This document shows, one piece after another, positions 8,458 to 17,225 of a DNA stretch of 30,598 nt (positions are counted from its first letter, which is position 1; every line of letters begins with the position of its first letter). The notes under the pieces were generated by a model. The model saw nothing but the letters and a program-made list of their open reading frames with translations. It was not told where the DNA came from and ran no database searches. Made by a program: the position numbers and the translations under genes. The stretch is taken from contig WJMJ01000092.1 of the NCBI GenBank assembly GCA_014728035.1, forward strand, positions 1-30,598, written 5' to 3'. This stretch comes from Promethearchaeota archaeon. Its GTDB lineage: Archaea > Asgardarchaeota > Thorarchaeia > Thorarchaeales > Thorarchaeaceae.

Positions 8458-10269
8458 TTAGTGGCTGCGTTTCTGTTTTACGACAAGTCCTAGGATAACT
8501 ATGCCTATAAGTGATCCAACAACGAGGAATGGGATATGAATGTCTTCATTTAGATGGGGGTCTCTATCTAACAGGTACTCATCAAGATTTGTCAGAAAAT
8601 CTCCATCCGGGTCCTCCATAGAATCATCTCTTAGCGGGTCGAGATTATGCTGCACTTCCCAGTAATCATCCATCTGGTCTTGATCCGAATCAACGGAATT
8701 AGGATTTGTTCCTAATTCGAACTCCCTCAGATTTGATAGGCCATCTTGGTCCAAATCGTATTCGGCATCATTTTCAAGTGGATCCAAATCATTTTGAACC
8801 TCGTAAGCATCTGGCATGGTGTCAAAGTCTGAATCTTCAAGTAATGGTGAAGTTTGCAATAGAAGCTCAATTGCATCTACGAGTCCATCTGCGTCTTGAT
8901 CCATTGACCAATATGAATCATCAAACCAAAACTGTTGTGAATCAGGAACATTGTCATTGTTGACATCTGATTCATACCGCGCAGTGATAGTATATTCAAG
9001 CTCATTTATTCCAGTATTCTCTACTAGAACTTTGTATAATCCCCAATCTGATAGGGTTTCGTTCAAAATAATTTCCGAATTACCCGAGCTATCTTTTAAT
9101 GTGCCTGCAATTTCTGCTTCGTTCGGTGATACCAGTTTGAATTCAACCTCCGATTTATTCCATGTTGCATTTACAACAAAATCGGTTTCCGTTGTCATGG
9201 CAAAGTAATATTGTTTAGATTCTCCGGGTTGCAATACTCCATTATATTCTAGAGATGTAAGAACATCATATTGCCTTGAAAGAGTGAAAGCAATACTCAG
9301 GCCAATTGATAATGCAGTTTCTTCGGTCATGGTATAATTATACATCGGATTATCCCACGCATCAGTTGGTTGATGATACGCAGAATCTCGATGCACTCCG
9401 CTCTCGAAAGCGAAAAGCGTATTTTGGTAACCCTCTACAATGAATGACCAATGGTCTGAACGGGTCCAAGCTCCAAAACTCGTACTTGGTAGAGGAAGTA
9501 TCAAATTCTGACCATAGTTGTTGCTCATCATTCTCATCAAGTCAGCGAAGTAGTGACTCTCATGATAAGTTACCCCATGCCCATTATTGTATACAGCTAG
9601 AATTCTTTCATCCGGTGGGGCTTCTATATCTTCCACTAAGAGCATATCCACATTGAAATATTGCAAAATCTCGATCTCTTGAGCTGCAAAAATGTCAGCG
9701 ACTTCGGAACTCCCAATAAGTCCATTTTCTTCTGCATTCCAAGCACAGAAATAGATGTCCAGAGGCCATTCAAACTTTGATAGGATACGAGCCAACTCTA
9801 AGACGATAGCAACACCTGTTCCGTCATCGTTTGCTCCAGGTGCATCTTGGACCGAGTCCAGATGTCCTCCCACCATTAACACAGGCGCATTTACATCTAG
9901 CCAACCAGGGAGCCGGCCTACAACACTCTTATGAGTCCCTAATATACTTACATCTATTTTGCCTTCTGACAGGACTTGAAGTTGGCTTTCAATATACCTC
10001 CTCGCAATTATATTCTGATATGACCCATAGGGTCGTGAACCGTTTTCTGATAACTCTTTGATATGTTGTTTAACAAGGTGTCCTGAAAGCTGAGATACTA
10101 ACTCTTCAATAATTTCATTACCATGATTTTCTTCAGTCGGTAATATTTCGGTTACCTCTTGAGATGAAACAAAATCAAGAGAAGCGGTAGGGACAACCAT
10201 TGATATGATGATTAAGGATGCGATTATGTATACAGATCGTTGAGCCATGTTTCCAATATTGATTTTCAT
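8458..10269 (-). CDS. Membrane-anchored M28 family metallopeptidase with Ca-binding DxDxDG-type repeats
   Basis: Signal peptide; GGHLDSV, GANDDGTG, AEENGLIGS, SDH and YHQ..D zinc-ligand motifs; C-terminal DxDxDG repeats and a transmembrane helix followed by a basic tail. Start probably ATG 10269 or 10248. Confidence 0.9.
   Translation of the reverse strand: MKINIGNMAQRSVYIIASLIIISMVVPTASLDFVSSQEVTEILPTEENHGNEIIEELVSQLSGHLVKQHIKELSENGSRPYGSYQNIIARRYIESQLQVLSEGKIDVSILGTHKSVVGRLPGWLDVNAPVLMVGGHLDSVQDAPGANDDGTGVAIVLELARILSKFEWPLDIYFCAWNAEENGLIGSSEVADIFAAQEIEILQYFNVDMLLVEDIEAPPDERILAVYNNGHGVTYHESHYFADLMRMMSNNYGQNLILPLPSTSFGAWTRSDHWSFIVEGYQNTLFAFESGVHRDSAYHQPTDAWDNPMYNYTMTEETALSIGLSIAFTLSRQYDVLTSLEYNGVLQPGESKQYYFAMTTETDFVVNATWNKSEVEFKLVSPNEAEIAGTLKDSSGNSEIILNETLSDWGLYKVLVENTGINELEYTITARYESDVNNDNVPDSQQFWFDDSYWSMDQDADGLVDAIELLLQTSPLLEDSDFDTMPDAYEVQNDLDPLENDAEYDLDQDGLSNLREFELGTNPNSVDSDQDQMDDYWEVQHNLDPLRDDSMEDPDGDFLTNLDEYLLDRDPHLNEDIHIPFLVVGSLIGIVILGLVVKQKRSH
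8542..8968 (-). repeat. Tandem DxDxDG(L)xDxxE..G(T/L)(N/D)P repeats (thrombospondin type-3-like) within the peptidase
   Basis: DQDADGLVDAIE, DSDFDTMPDAYE, DLDQDGLSNLRE, DSDQDQMDDYWE, DPDGDFLTNLDE. Coordinates are approximate. Confidence 0.75.
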
Positions 10270-10375
10270 TGTAATAACATTTTGATAAAGGATAAACTTG
10301 TCAAAGCAATACAATAGCTACATATTTCAAGAGGTCTTATCATATTCTATATTCCCTCTTGGAGGCAGATTATAG

Positions 10376-11641
10376 ATGCTTGGAAATAAATCAGAACTGG
10401 AAATTAAGGATGCTATTCATGGATATGTATCCCTTTATCCCGTAGAAAAAGATGTGATTGATTTACGAATGGCACAACGCCTAAGAAACATAAAATCTCC
10501 AGCTTGTATCCATCTTGTATTTCCAGGTGCTGATCCATCCTTGTTTGGACATATCGTTGGTGTAATTCATGTAACTGATGTCTTTATGGATTACCTTGGT
10601 GGGAACGAAAGTGAAGTGGAATTAGGTAGACTAACTGCAATACTTCTCACTATTGGTCAGGGTGCTTGGGAAAACGTTATGGAAGAATATTTAGCTATTA
10701 GAGGAATTACCAGGACAAAAGTCGTGAAGCTAGCAATAGAGCAGACCGAATTGGGGGATGTTATTTCTGATTCTCATCTGAGTAAAAGCGAAATAATCAA
10801 CTCCCTTGAAGAGGGTGTTCCTCTTAGGACTGTGCGTGTGAATTTACTGAAAAATCCAATCAATCCTACTTTAGTTGATAGATTGGAAAGAGATGCATAT
10901 TTCGCTGGAGTTGAATATGCTCAATTGGAATACCGCCGACTCTTTTCATCAACGCGGATTGCTAAGAACAAGATTGCTGTTGATCGTGGAGCTCTCTTCA
11001 CTTTGGAATCCTATCTTTCTGCAGGACTAAATATGTTTGATGCAGTCTACTATCACAAGACTGTGAGAGCAGCTGACCTAATGCTTCTTCGTATTTTAGA
11101 ACTTGCAGGAACTGAGATAATTCCATTTCCGACAAAGGATATTGATGGCTACACTCGTTTCGATGACCTTTCTTTTCATAATGTCTTACTGACAGCAGAC
11201 TCAGAAGATTCAGATGAGCTTCAACTAGCAGGAAAATTATTCAGGGAATATCGAAAGAGGTACTTGATCAAGCTTGCAGCTCAGAGATCTGTTACAAATG
11301 AATCATTCTTGAAGGAAATCTCAACTCCAGATGGTCTATATAAATTCGAAACCGAAATTGCAGAAGAAGCGGATATTGACCCTACTAATGTGTATATTGA
11401 TTATCCTGACCGACCCTCCGTGGTTTACTATCCCGGATTACATCCTCTTGACGACTTAGTTCTATTTGAGCGAGGTTCTCGTGGGTATGAGTTCTTTTCA
11501 CTTCCCGGAACAAGTCAAGTAGCTCGGTCATTCTATAGGATTCTTAAATCAATTAGAGTCTATACTACAAGAGGCTATCGGACAAAGGTACGAAAGGTTG
11601 CTGAAAAATTCTTGGAAAGTATTGACGAGCCAGATGTTTGA
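10376..11641 (+). CDS. HD-domain dNTPase/SAMHD1-like family protein with a degenerate active site
   Basis: DAIHG, QRLRNIK, LVFPGA, ERDAYFAG and VYYHKTVRAA are retained, but the canonical LLHDIGHGPFSH reads LLTIGQGAWEN. Confidence 0.85.
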   Translation: MLGNKSELEIKDAIHGYVSLYPVEKDVIDLRMAQRLRNIKSPACIHLVFPGADPSLFGHIVGVIHVTDVFMDYLGGNESEVELGRLTAILLTIGQGAWENVMEEYLAIRGITRTKVVKLAIEQTELGDVISDSHLSKSEIINSLEEGVPLRTVRVNLLKNPINPTLVDRLERDAYFAGVEYAQLEYRRLFSSTRIAKNKIAVDRGALFTLESYLSAGLNMFDAVYYHKTVRAADLMLLRILELAGTEIIPFPTKDIDGYTRFDDLSFHNVLLTADSEDSDELQLAGKLFREYRKRYLIKLAAQRSVTNESFLKEISTPDGLYKFETEIAEEADIDPTNVYIDYPDRPSVVYYPGLHPLDDLVLFERGSRGYEFFSLPGTSQVARSFYRILKSIRVYTTRGYRTKVRKVAEKFLESIDEPDV

Positions 11642-11692
11642 ATGAAAAGTACTATTGGAAAGATATTAAATAGGACCCATAACTATGGTTAA

Positions 11693-12241
11693 TTGGTGTA
11701 TTATTTGAGTGATATAGACCCTACCAGAGGCGCAGAAAAACCAGCCGCTGAGGATTTTGATAGGACTCCCGATAAAGAGGATTTTAAGGATGCAATTTCT
11801 AGTTTCACTAGTGATTCCAATTTCTACATTATTCTTGTTGGTGTGGCAGTATGGATAGTTGGTCCTTTTGTCCCCTTCATAGATTTTCTAGTAACTCTAG
11901 GAGGTTTCATGCTGACAGCTTATGCTGTAACAGCTACATCTTTCAAAAGACCGCTTACCACAGCTTGGCCTGGAGTAATAATTGGAATTCTGCTTTACAT
12001 AGTTGGATGGATTTTCAGCTGGTTCCCATTAATAGTTCTTCTTACAAGTCCCTTTCAGAAAGTAGGAATGACCCTAATCCTATTCTTCATTATTCCTATT
12101 GCAGTTCAGCAAGGAAATGTTCCTATTGAAGGTGCATTATCCATTATTAGAAAGCAAGCAGAAAAAGCTGAGGAATCCGTGTCTTCAGACGAGGAACAGG
12201 TAGAAGAAGAAAAAACTGAAGAAACTGAATCCACAGAATAA
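11693..12241 (+). CDS. Hypothetical integral membrane protein (~4 TM) with acidic tail
   Basis: Hydrophobic segments at about aa 45-140 and an E-rich C-terminus; directly downstream of the HD-like gene. Confidence 0.75.
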   Translation: MVYYLSDIDPTRGAEKPAAEDFDRTPDKEDFKDAISSFTSDSNFYIILVGVAVWIVGPFVPFIDFLVTLGGFMLTAYAVTATSFKRPLTTAWPGVIIGILLYIVGWIFSWFPLIVLLTSPFQKVGMTLILFFIIPIAVQQGNVPIEGALSIIRKQAEKAEESVSSDEEQVEEEKTEETESTE

Positions 12242-12256
12242 AATATTGAATCATCT

Positions 12257-12283
12257 GGTTTGGTCTTTTTGACCAAACCTTTT
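12257..12283 (+). terminator. Hairpin plus T-tract terminator
   Basis: GGTTTGGTC-TTTTT-GACCAAACC followed by TTTT, 16 nt after the stop codon. Confidence 0.65.
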
Positions 12284-12310
12284 GTTTCTCTGAAAAAGGT
12301 CCATATACTA

Positions 12311-12346
12311 TTTTTATCTAATCAATACTGAAGTTGATACTTCGGT
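12311..12346 (+). promoter_or_regulatory. TATA-like box plus imperfect palindrome upstream of the 761-aa gene
   Basis: TTTTTATC at 12311-12318; ACTGAAGT-TGAT-ACTTCGGT at 12327-12346. Confidence 0.45.
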
Positions 12347-12350
12347 CACG

Positions 12351-14636
12351 GTGGACAATGTGTTCTCATGTAGAAAATGCAATGAACCTCTCTATATTCG
12401 TAATGCTGAGATACAAGATAAGATTCTGACCATGGAAGTTCAGTGTATCAATGGTCATAAAGGAATCAGACGACTTGCTGAACATCAAGCTCAGGATATG
12501 GCATCTGACCTATTCACCAAAATGTTCTACTGTTTGGAATGTGGGTCTGCTATGACTCAAATAGCCACTGAAGTAGACGGGGAAATAGTTCGTTCTATCT
12601 TTCTCTGTCCAATTCATGGTCCGCAAAAAAGAGAATTTCCGACTCCGTTTCTTCCCTCTGTTAGTTTATTGGGTGTGGACGTAGATCCGAGCAGAGCTAT
12701 TATCGAGTCATTTAGATGTCCTGATTGCCGACAAGTGTATGCAGTTAGTGATATTGAAGACCGTAATGGTATTCTTGAAGTGCATGTTCGTTGTCCCAAT
12801 GGTCATAAGGAGAGAAGATACTTACCTTCGTCTATAGATGAAACTGTTCTAAAGAAGGTACTTCAACGTGTAGCTCATTGTAGTCGGTGTGGTCTTCCTG
12901 GTCATATTGTGGAGGTCGAAGAACGTAAAAACGAAGCGCGAGTGTATGTATCATGTCCCATTCATGGCAACGACCGAAAAGAGATTCCTTTAGATAAGGT
13001 TGATGTTCTTCGTAAAGCAGTAGATGAGATTCCAGAAGACGCTGTAGTTAGAGCAATGCTTCATTCAGCTGATTGTGGTAGACCACTATCTATCAGAGAA
13101 ATTGAGGAACACAAGGATGGTATCAAGTTCAAATGTATATGCCCTCGTGACGGGCACTCTACAACTAGAATCGTTCCTATTACTTGGTCTGACTCGGTTA
13201 AAGAACGCATAGCTAAATCAATTTTGATTTGTGATGAATGTGGTTTACTTACCCATATTATGGACTTACGTGAGAAAAGAAATGAAATGGAATTTCAGAT
13301 AGTATGTCCCATTCATGGAACTATGGACCGGAAAATAATCAAAAATGTTTTCGGATACATCGAGCCCTACCTACATTCAATAGATCGAATACCATCCGTA
13401 GTTCGAAGTCTCAGCTGCCTGAAATGCAAATTACCAATTTTTCTAAGAGATGTTGAAGATAGGCGAGGGCTTATAGAGTTCGATGTGGAATGCCGAAATG
13501 GACATCGAGACCGTCGGTTCTTTGTTCCTGGACTGGACCAAAACATACTCGTTGACATCTACAAGCATTTCTACAAGTGTCCCGAATGCTATGACCCCTT
13601 GGATCTCGTGTATGCAAAGCCTGAGGGTAAAGAATCTCGTGTAGTTTTACTATGTTCATTACACGGAAAATTTGTGCTTGATGTACCTCATGACCATGCT
13701 GAAGCAATGCAGGTGGCTTACGAAGAGATTAAAGCTGATAGAAAGAAACCTCCTGTTGAAGTTGAAGAAATGGAATCAGATCCCGTTATTGAGGATGATG
13801 TAGCTATGTCTGATGATTCTTCTGATGAAGTAAGAGTAGCTCGAGGATGCGAAATTATTGGAGGCAAATTTGATTATAAAGTTAAGATAATCAATGATAC
13901 CGGTTACGTTATTACAAATGTCACAGTATCGCTTGTAGCCTATCCCGAGGACTGTATGGAGTTAGCAGGAGAAACAGTAAAGACAATATCAAGAGTGGAA
14001 GTTGGTGGGTTTCGAAGCCCTCAATTCACACTGTATCCTACCAAAGATTGTGTCCAGGGAAAAATTGTTGCGACTGTGTCATATATCGATTTTAGAGACC
14101 ATTTACATACTTTACAGGTTGAACCTTATTTGATTCGTTCTGTCTGTGATTTGTTGAAACCTTCAGAAAAGAGCTCCCAAGAGTTTGATCTGATATTGCA
14201 AGACCTAACATGTACAGAACAAGAACAAACACTTGACTGGAATGCACAGGTTTTATTTACAAAAGCTGAGAAGCTTCTTCCAACCAAGAATTTTCATATT
14301 GTGGATATGGAGGAAAAAATTGTAGGTGGCCAATTCATTGGAACCATCCGGGGATTTGCTAAAGGAAAATATACTGGCAAACAGGTGGCAGTTGTATTTA
14401 TGATAACAGGTCCTGAAGATGGGAGACATGCTTCAGTAAAGGTCGAAGCACTTGGTGAAGATATTGCTATGCTTCCTACAACAATTGATGAACTTGCAGA
14501 AACAATGGACTCGTGGATATGTTTGCGCTGTGGAGCACCTCTCGACTCATTACAAATTAATGAGATGGGGCAAAGAAAACCCATTCGATGTAAATACTGT
14601 GCACACTCTCTAACTATCGCTCTCTATCTTAGATAG
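12351..14636 (+). CDS. Protein with eight Cys3His metal-binding repeats, acidic linker, adaptin/coatomer appendage-like domain and C-terminal Zn ribbon
   Basis: CxxC-x21-C..(G)H modules start at aa 7, 61, 123, 177, ~239 (HSADC), 294, 356 and 410. An acidic linker at ~465-493 is followed by a beta-rich Ig-like segment, an 'LLKPSEKSSQEF' platform-like segment and CLRC...CKYC. Confidence 0.85.
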   Translation: MDNVFSCRKCNEPLYIRNAEIQDKILTMEVQCINGHKGIRRLAEHQAQDMASDLFTKMFYCLECGSAMTQIATEVDGEIVRSIFLCPIHGPQKREFPTPFLPSVSLLGVDVDPSRAIIESFRCPDCRQVYAVSDIEDRNGILEVHVRCPNGHKERRYLPSSIDETVLKKVLQRVAHCSRCGLPGHIVEVEERKNEARVYVSCPIHGNDRKEIPLDKVDVLRKAVDEIPEDAVVRAMLHSADCGRPLSIREIEEHKDGIKFKCICPRDGHSTTRIVPITWSDSVKERIAKSILICDECGLLTHIMDLREKRNEMEFQIVCPIHGTMDRKIIKNVFGYIEPYLHSIDRIPSVVRSLSCLKCKLPIFLRDVEDRRGLIEFDVECRNGHRDRRFFVPGLDQNILVDIYKHFYKCPECYDPLDLVYAKPEGKESRVVLLCSLHGKFVLDVPHDHAEAMQVAYEEIKADRKKPPVEVEEMESDPVIEDDVAMSDDSSDEVRVARGCEIIGGKFDYKVKIINDTGYVITNVTVSLVAYPEDCMELAGETVKTISRVEVGGFRSPQFTLYPTKDCVQGKIVATVSYIDFRDHLHTLQVEPYLIRSVCDLLKPSEKSSQEFDLILQDLTCTEQEQTLDWNAQVLFTKAEKLLPTKNFHIVDMEEKIVGGQFIGTIRGFAKGKYTGKQVAVVFMITGPEDGRHASVKVEALGEDIAMLPTTIDELAETMDSWICLRCGAPLDSLQINEMGQRKPIRCKYCAHSLTIALYLR

Positions 14637-14637
14637 T

Positions 14638-15210
14638 CTAAATATCCCCTTTCCATTCTATCTCCGTCTTCGATAGTCCGAGATGAGGAATAATTCGGTC
14701 CACAATAGAATCAACTAGCTCATCGATATTCTTTGGCTTATGCCAGAATGCAGGACTTGCTGGAAGGATTATTGCACCTGCTTCAGTAACAGTTTCCATG
14801 TTTCTGATATGGATTAAATTTAGAGGGGTTTCACGAGGTACAATTACAAGTGGTCTTCTCTCTTTTAATGTACAATCAGCAGCTCTTGCTACTAAATTAT
14901 CTGCATAGCCATGTGCAATGCCAGCTAATGTTTTCATGGAGCAAGGCACTATTGCCATTGCGTCAAGATGAAAACTCCCACTAGCTGGGCCTGCAGTGAG
15001 ATCCATCTCGTCATATATAAAGTCTGCAATTTTTCCTAAATCTTCTCTTGAGGAGCTGGTTTCATGAGCGAGTGTTTCTTCTCCCCATCTACTCACAATA
15101 AGATGGACTTCATGTCCAACTGATTTGAGCTTTTCAATCAACCTTACGCCATAGATAGCTCCACTAGCTCCTGTAAGACATACAAGTATACGCTTTGTCA
15201 TCAGTACCAA
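14638..15210 (-). CDS. ubiX: Flavin prenyltransferase UbiX
   Basis: TGASGAIYG, ASGS, PCSMKTLAGIAHG.ADNL..RAAD..LKERR.L...PRETP and PASPAFW motifs. Confidence 0.95.
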   Translation of the reverse strand: MVLMTKRILVCLTGASGAIYGVRLIEKLKSVGHEVHLIVSRWGEETLAHETSSSREDLGKIADFIYDEMDLTAGPASGSFHLDAMAIVPCSMKTLAGIAHGYADNLVARAADCTLKERRPLVIVPRETPLNLIHIRNMETVTEAGAIILPASPAFWHKPKNIDELVDSIVDRIIPHLGLSKTEIEWKGDI

Positions 15211-15253
15211 CTCTTTGTGTCACGCAGCATCAACATAATTTCCTTTCCGTGTG

Positions 15254-17098
15254 TTAGAGTAGAAAACTAAGAACAAATGAAAGCAAGAATACAAAACCAG
15301 TCACACCCAGCCCAACTTTTTTCGCAATTCTTGAAGCTTCCACAATGTCTTTTGTAAGGGTATCAAATCCCTTCTCTCCAAATGTTCTAAGCTCTTGTAC
15401 TTCACCAAAACCAAGTCCCATTGATGCAGGACGTAGATTTTTTTGAGCTTGTTCTGCAGCAATTAAAATCGTTTCTTTTATTTTTACGGGCTCGTATCTG
15501 CCAACAGGTGGATATCCTTTGCTTGATAGAGAAATTGCATTTACAACGTGGGTGTCAGTGGTTATGACCTCTGCATGCGTGTAACCGTTCTTTTTTAGTG
15601 ATTGCACTATTTTATCTCGGTAACCTGGTTCCATGTTGTTTCCATCGATACTGACCAATGCCATCATCTTTTCATCAGTCTTTAGAGCTATAGCAGTGAT
15701 TCCACCAGGTCCGATTCCTTGTTTCTGTCCAACACCCTCAACTTCTACCGTTGAAATCCCCATAGAGAATTCTGAACGTGGACTCTGTGATTCAGCAAAT
15801 ACTGCACTAGATACAGTTCCCACATATTCACTTGCTTCGGGGTCTCCTGGCATGATAGACTCTGCTTCATCTCCTATACAGTTGTGTGCATCAACCATGA
15901 CCACTCCATCGATGTCTGATACTCTGCTTCTGATCATATCAGCGGTATCTCTTCCTACCTGGAGAGCAATATCATCAGTAAATTCAGGTGCACTTGTTGT
16001 GATATTCAGCACATCATTACCAACAAAAATAGACCAGACCTTGAATTTGTCCTGGTTTGAATAATGAGGTCCAGCTATGGTTTTGAATGTCGGAGTTTCT
16101 TCAACGAGTCTATCTATTTCTCTGACAATTCTTTCAAAATCGTCTTTAGTGGTGAGGTTTTGATGGTGGGTACATGTACCATGCATAATAAATGCTGGTA
16201 CATTATACTTCTCTTCGATGTGCTGTTGTACGTATGAAGGAATGGAGCTACTTCCAATGTTCCTAAATGGTCCTGGATGTACATAGAGAGCTACGCCTAT
16301 TCCAATTAGTTTCTCTCCAGATTTGAAAACAATAACTTCAACAGGGATGTCTTCTTCCTTCGCGATTTTTGTGATGAGTTTCTCAAAAGGTTCTGGATTA
16401 TCAGCAAGATAGTCGTATCCAAAGGCACGGAGTAAATCAGGTCCATTAAGTCCGAGGTCTCGTTCAAATGGCCTACTTACAGCTTTGTAGATATAATTGA
16501 CAGCTACAGTGTATGCTCCAATTATAATGATCACGAGCAGTAACCAATTTTGTGGTAGTATTGGAACAACTTCTGTAATAGTACCTAATCCAGCTACTAT
16601 TCCAAACCATAATAATGGAAGAAATAGTGCAGCAATCACATTTCGAACTGGATGGTAATCACTCATTCCTGTTATCAAAAACGAAAACAGTGCATACGCA
16701 ACTCCTAGTCCAATAATTAACAATCGACTTTCAAAGAACACGGTTCCCATAATGAAGTCAATTATTCCACCAGCCAAACCGAATCCCACCCATGCAAATA
16801 TTCCAAAGAGTACTGCCCCGAGAGTTCTTCTGAAGTCAAGTGGAGACCCTTCTTTTCTCACAAGCAGATACAACACTGCTGTACCAATAAAAATTGGAAT
16901 GGCAAAACAGGCAAGATATAGTGCATAAATCTCATAGTATGGTACAACAGAGGTTCTCAAAATCTTAAGTGTTCCAAGCCCAAGTGAAAGAACTAACGCA
17001 CTTGTTAAAAATAGAAGTACTATTCCTCTATATGATGGAAGCTGCCAAATTTTTGAATACAGGTTTACAGTTTCTTTTACCTTTGCCTTCTCCGCCAT
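15254..17098 (-). CDS. DUF2070 family membrane protein (putative metal-dependent hydrolase)
   Basis: About six N-terminal TM helices, then HPGPF.N.GSS, HG..TH..N, VDAHN, DGNNM and TTDTH motifs, and a C-terminal TM helix. Confidence 0.85.
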   Translation of the reverse strand: MAEKAKVKETVNLYSKIWQLPSYRGIVLLFLTSALVLSLGLGTLKILRTSVVPYYEIYALYLACFAIPIFIGTAVLYLLVRKEGSPLDFRRTLGAVLFGIFAWVGFGLAGGIIDFIMGTVFFESRLLIIGLGVAYALFSFLITGMSDYHPVRNVIAALFLPLLWFGIVAGLGTITEVVPILPQNWLLLVIIIIGAYTVAVNYIYKAVSRPFERDLGLNGPDLLRAFGYDYLADNPEPFEKLITKIAKEEDIPVEVIVFKSGEKLIGIGVALYVHPGPFRNIGSSSIPSYVQQHIEEKYNVPAFIMHGTCTHHQNLTTKDDFERIVREIDRLVEETPTFKTIAGPHYSNQDKFKVWSIFVGNDVLNITTSAPEFTDDIALQVGRDTADMIRSRVSDIDGVVMVDAHNCIGDEAESIMPGDPEASEYVGTVSSAVFAESQSPRSEFSMGISTVEVEGVGQKQGIGPGGITAIALKTDEKMMALVSIDGNNMEPGYRDKIVQSLKKNGYTHAEVITTDTHVVNAISLSSKGYPPVGRYEPVKIKETILIAAEQAQKNLRPASMGLGFGEVQELRTFGEKGFDTLTKDIVEASRIAKKVGLGVTGFVFLLSFVLSFLL

Positions 17099-17182
17099 AT
17101 TGCTAACCTCCGGTTTCTGAACAATATCAACACCTACCTCTTATCAAACTTCCCACGAGACCAAAAGGCACCTAACCATATC

Positions 17183-17225
17183 TTTATATCGCATCCGATA
17201 ATCACATCCGATAATCGAATACGAT
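17183..17225 (+). promoter_or_regulatory. TATA box followed by a tandem 12-bp repeat (candidate PadR operator)
   Basis: TTTATA at 17183-17188; CATCCGATAATC at 17192-17203 and 17205-17216; CGAT recurs with a 13-bp period (17196, 17209, 17222). Confidence 0.6.
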
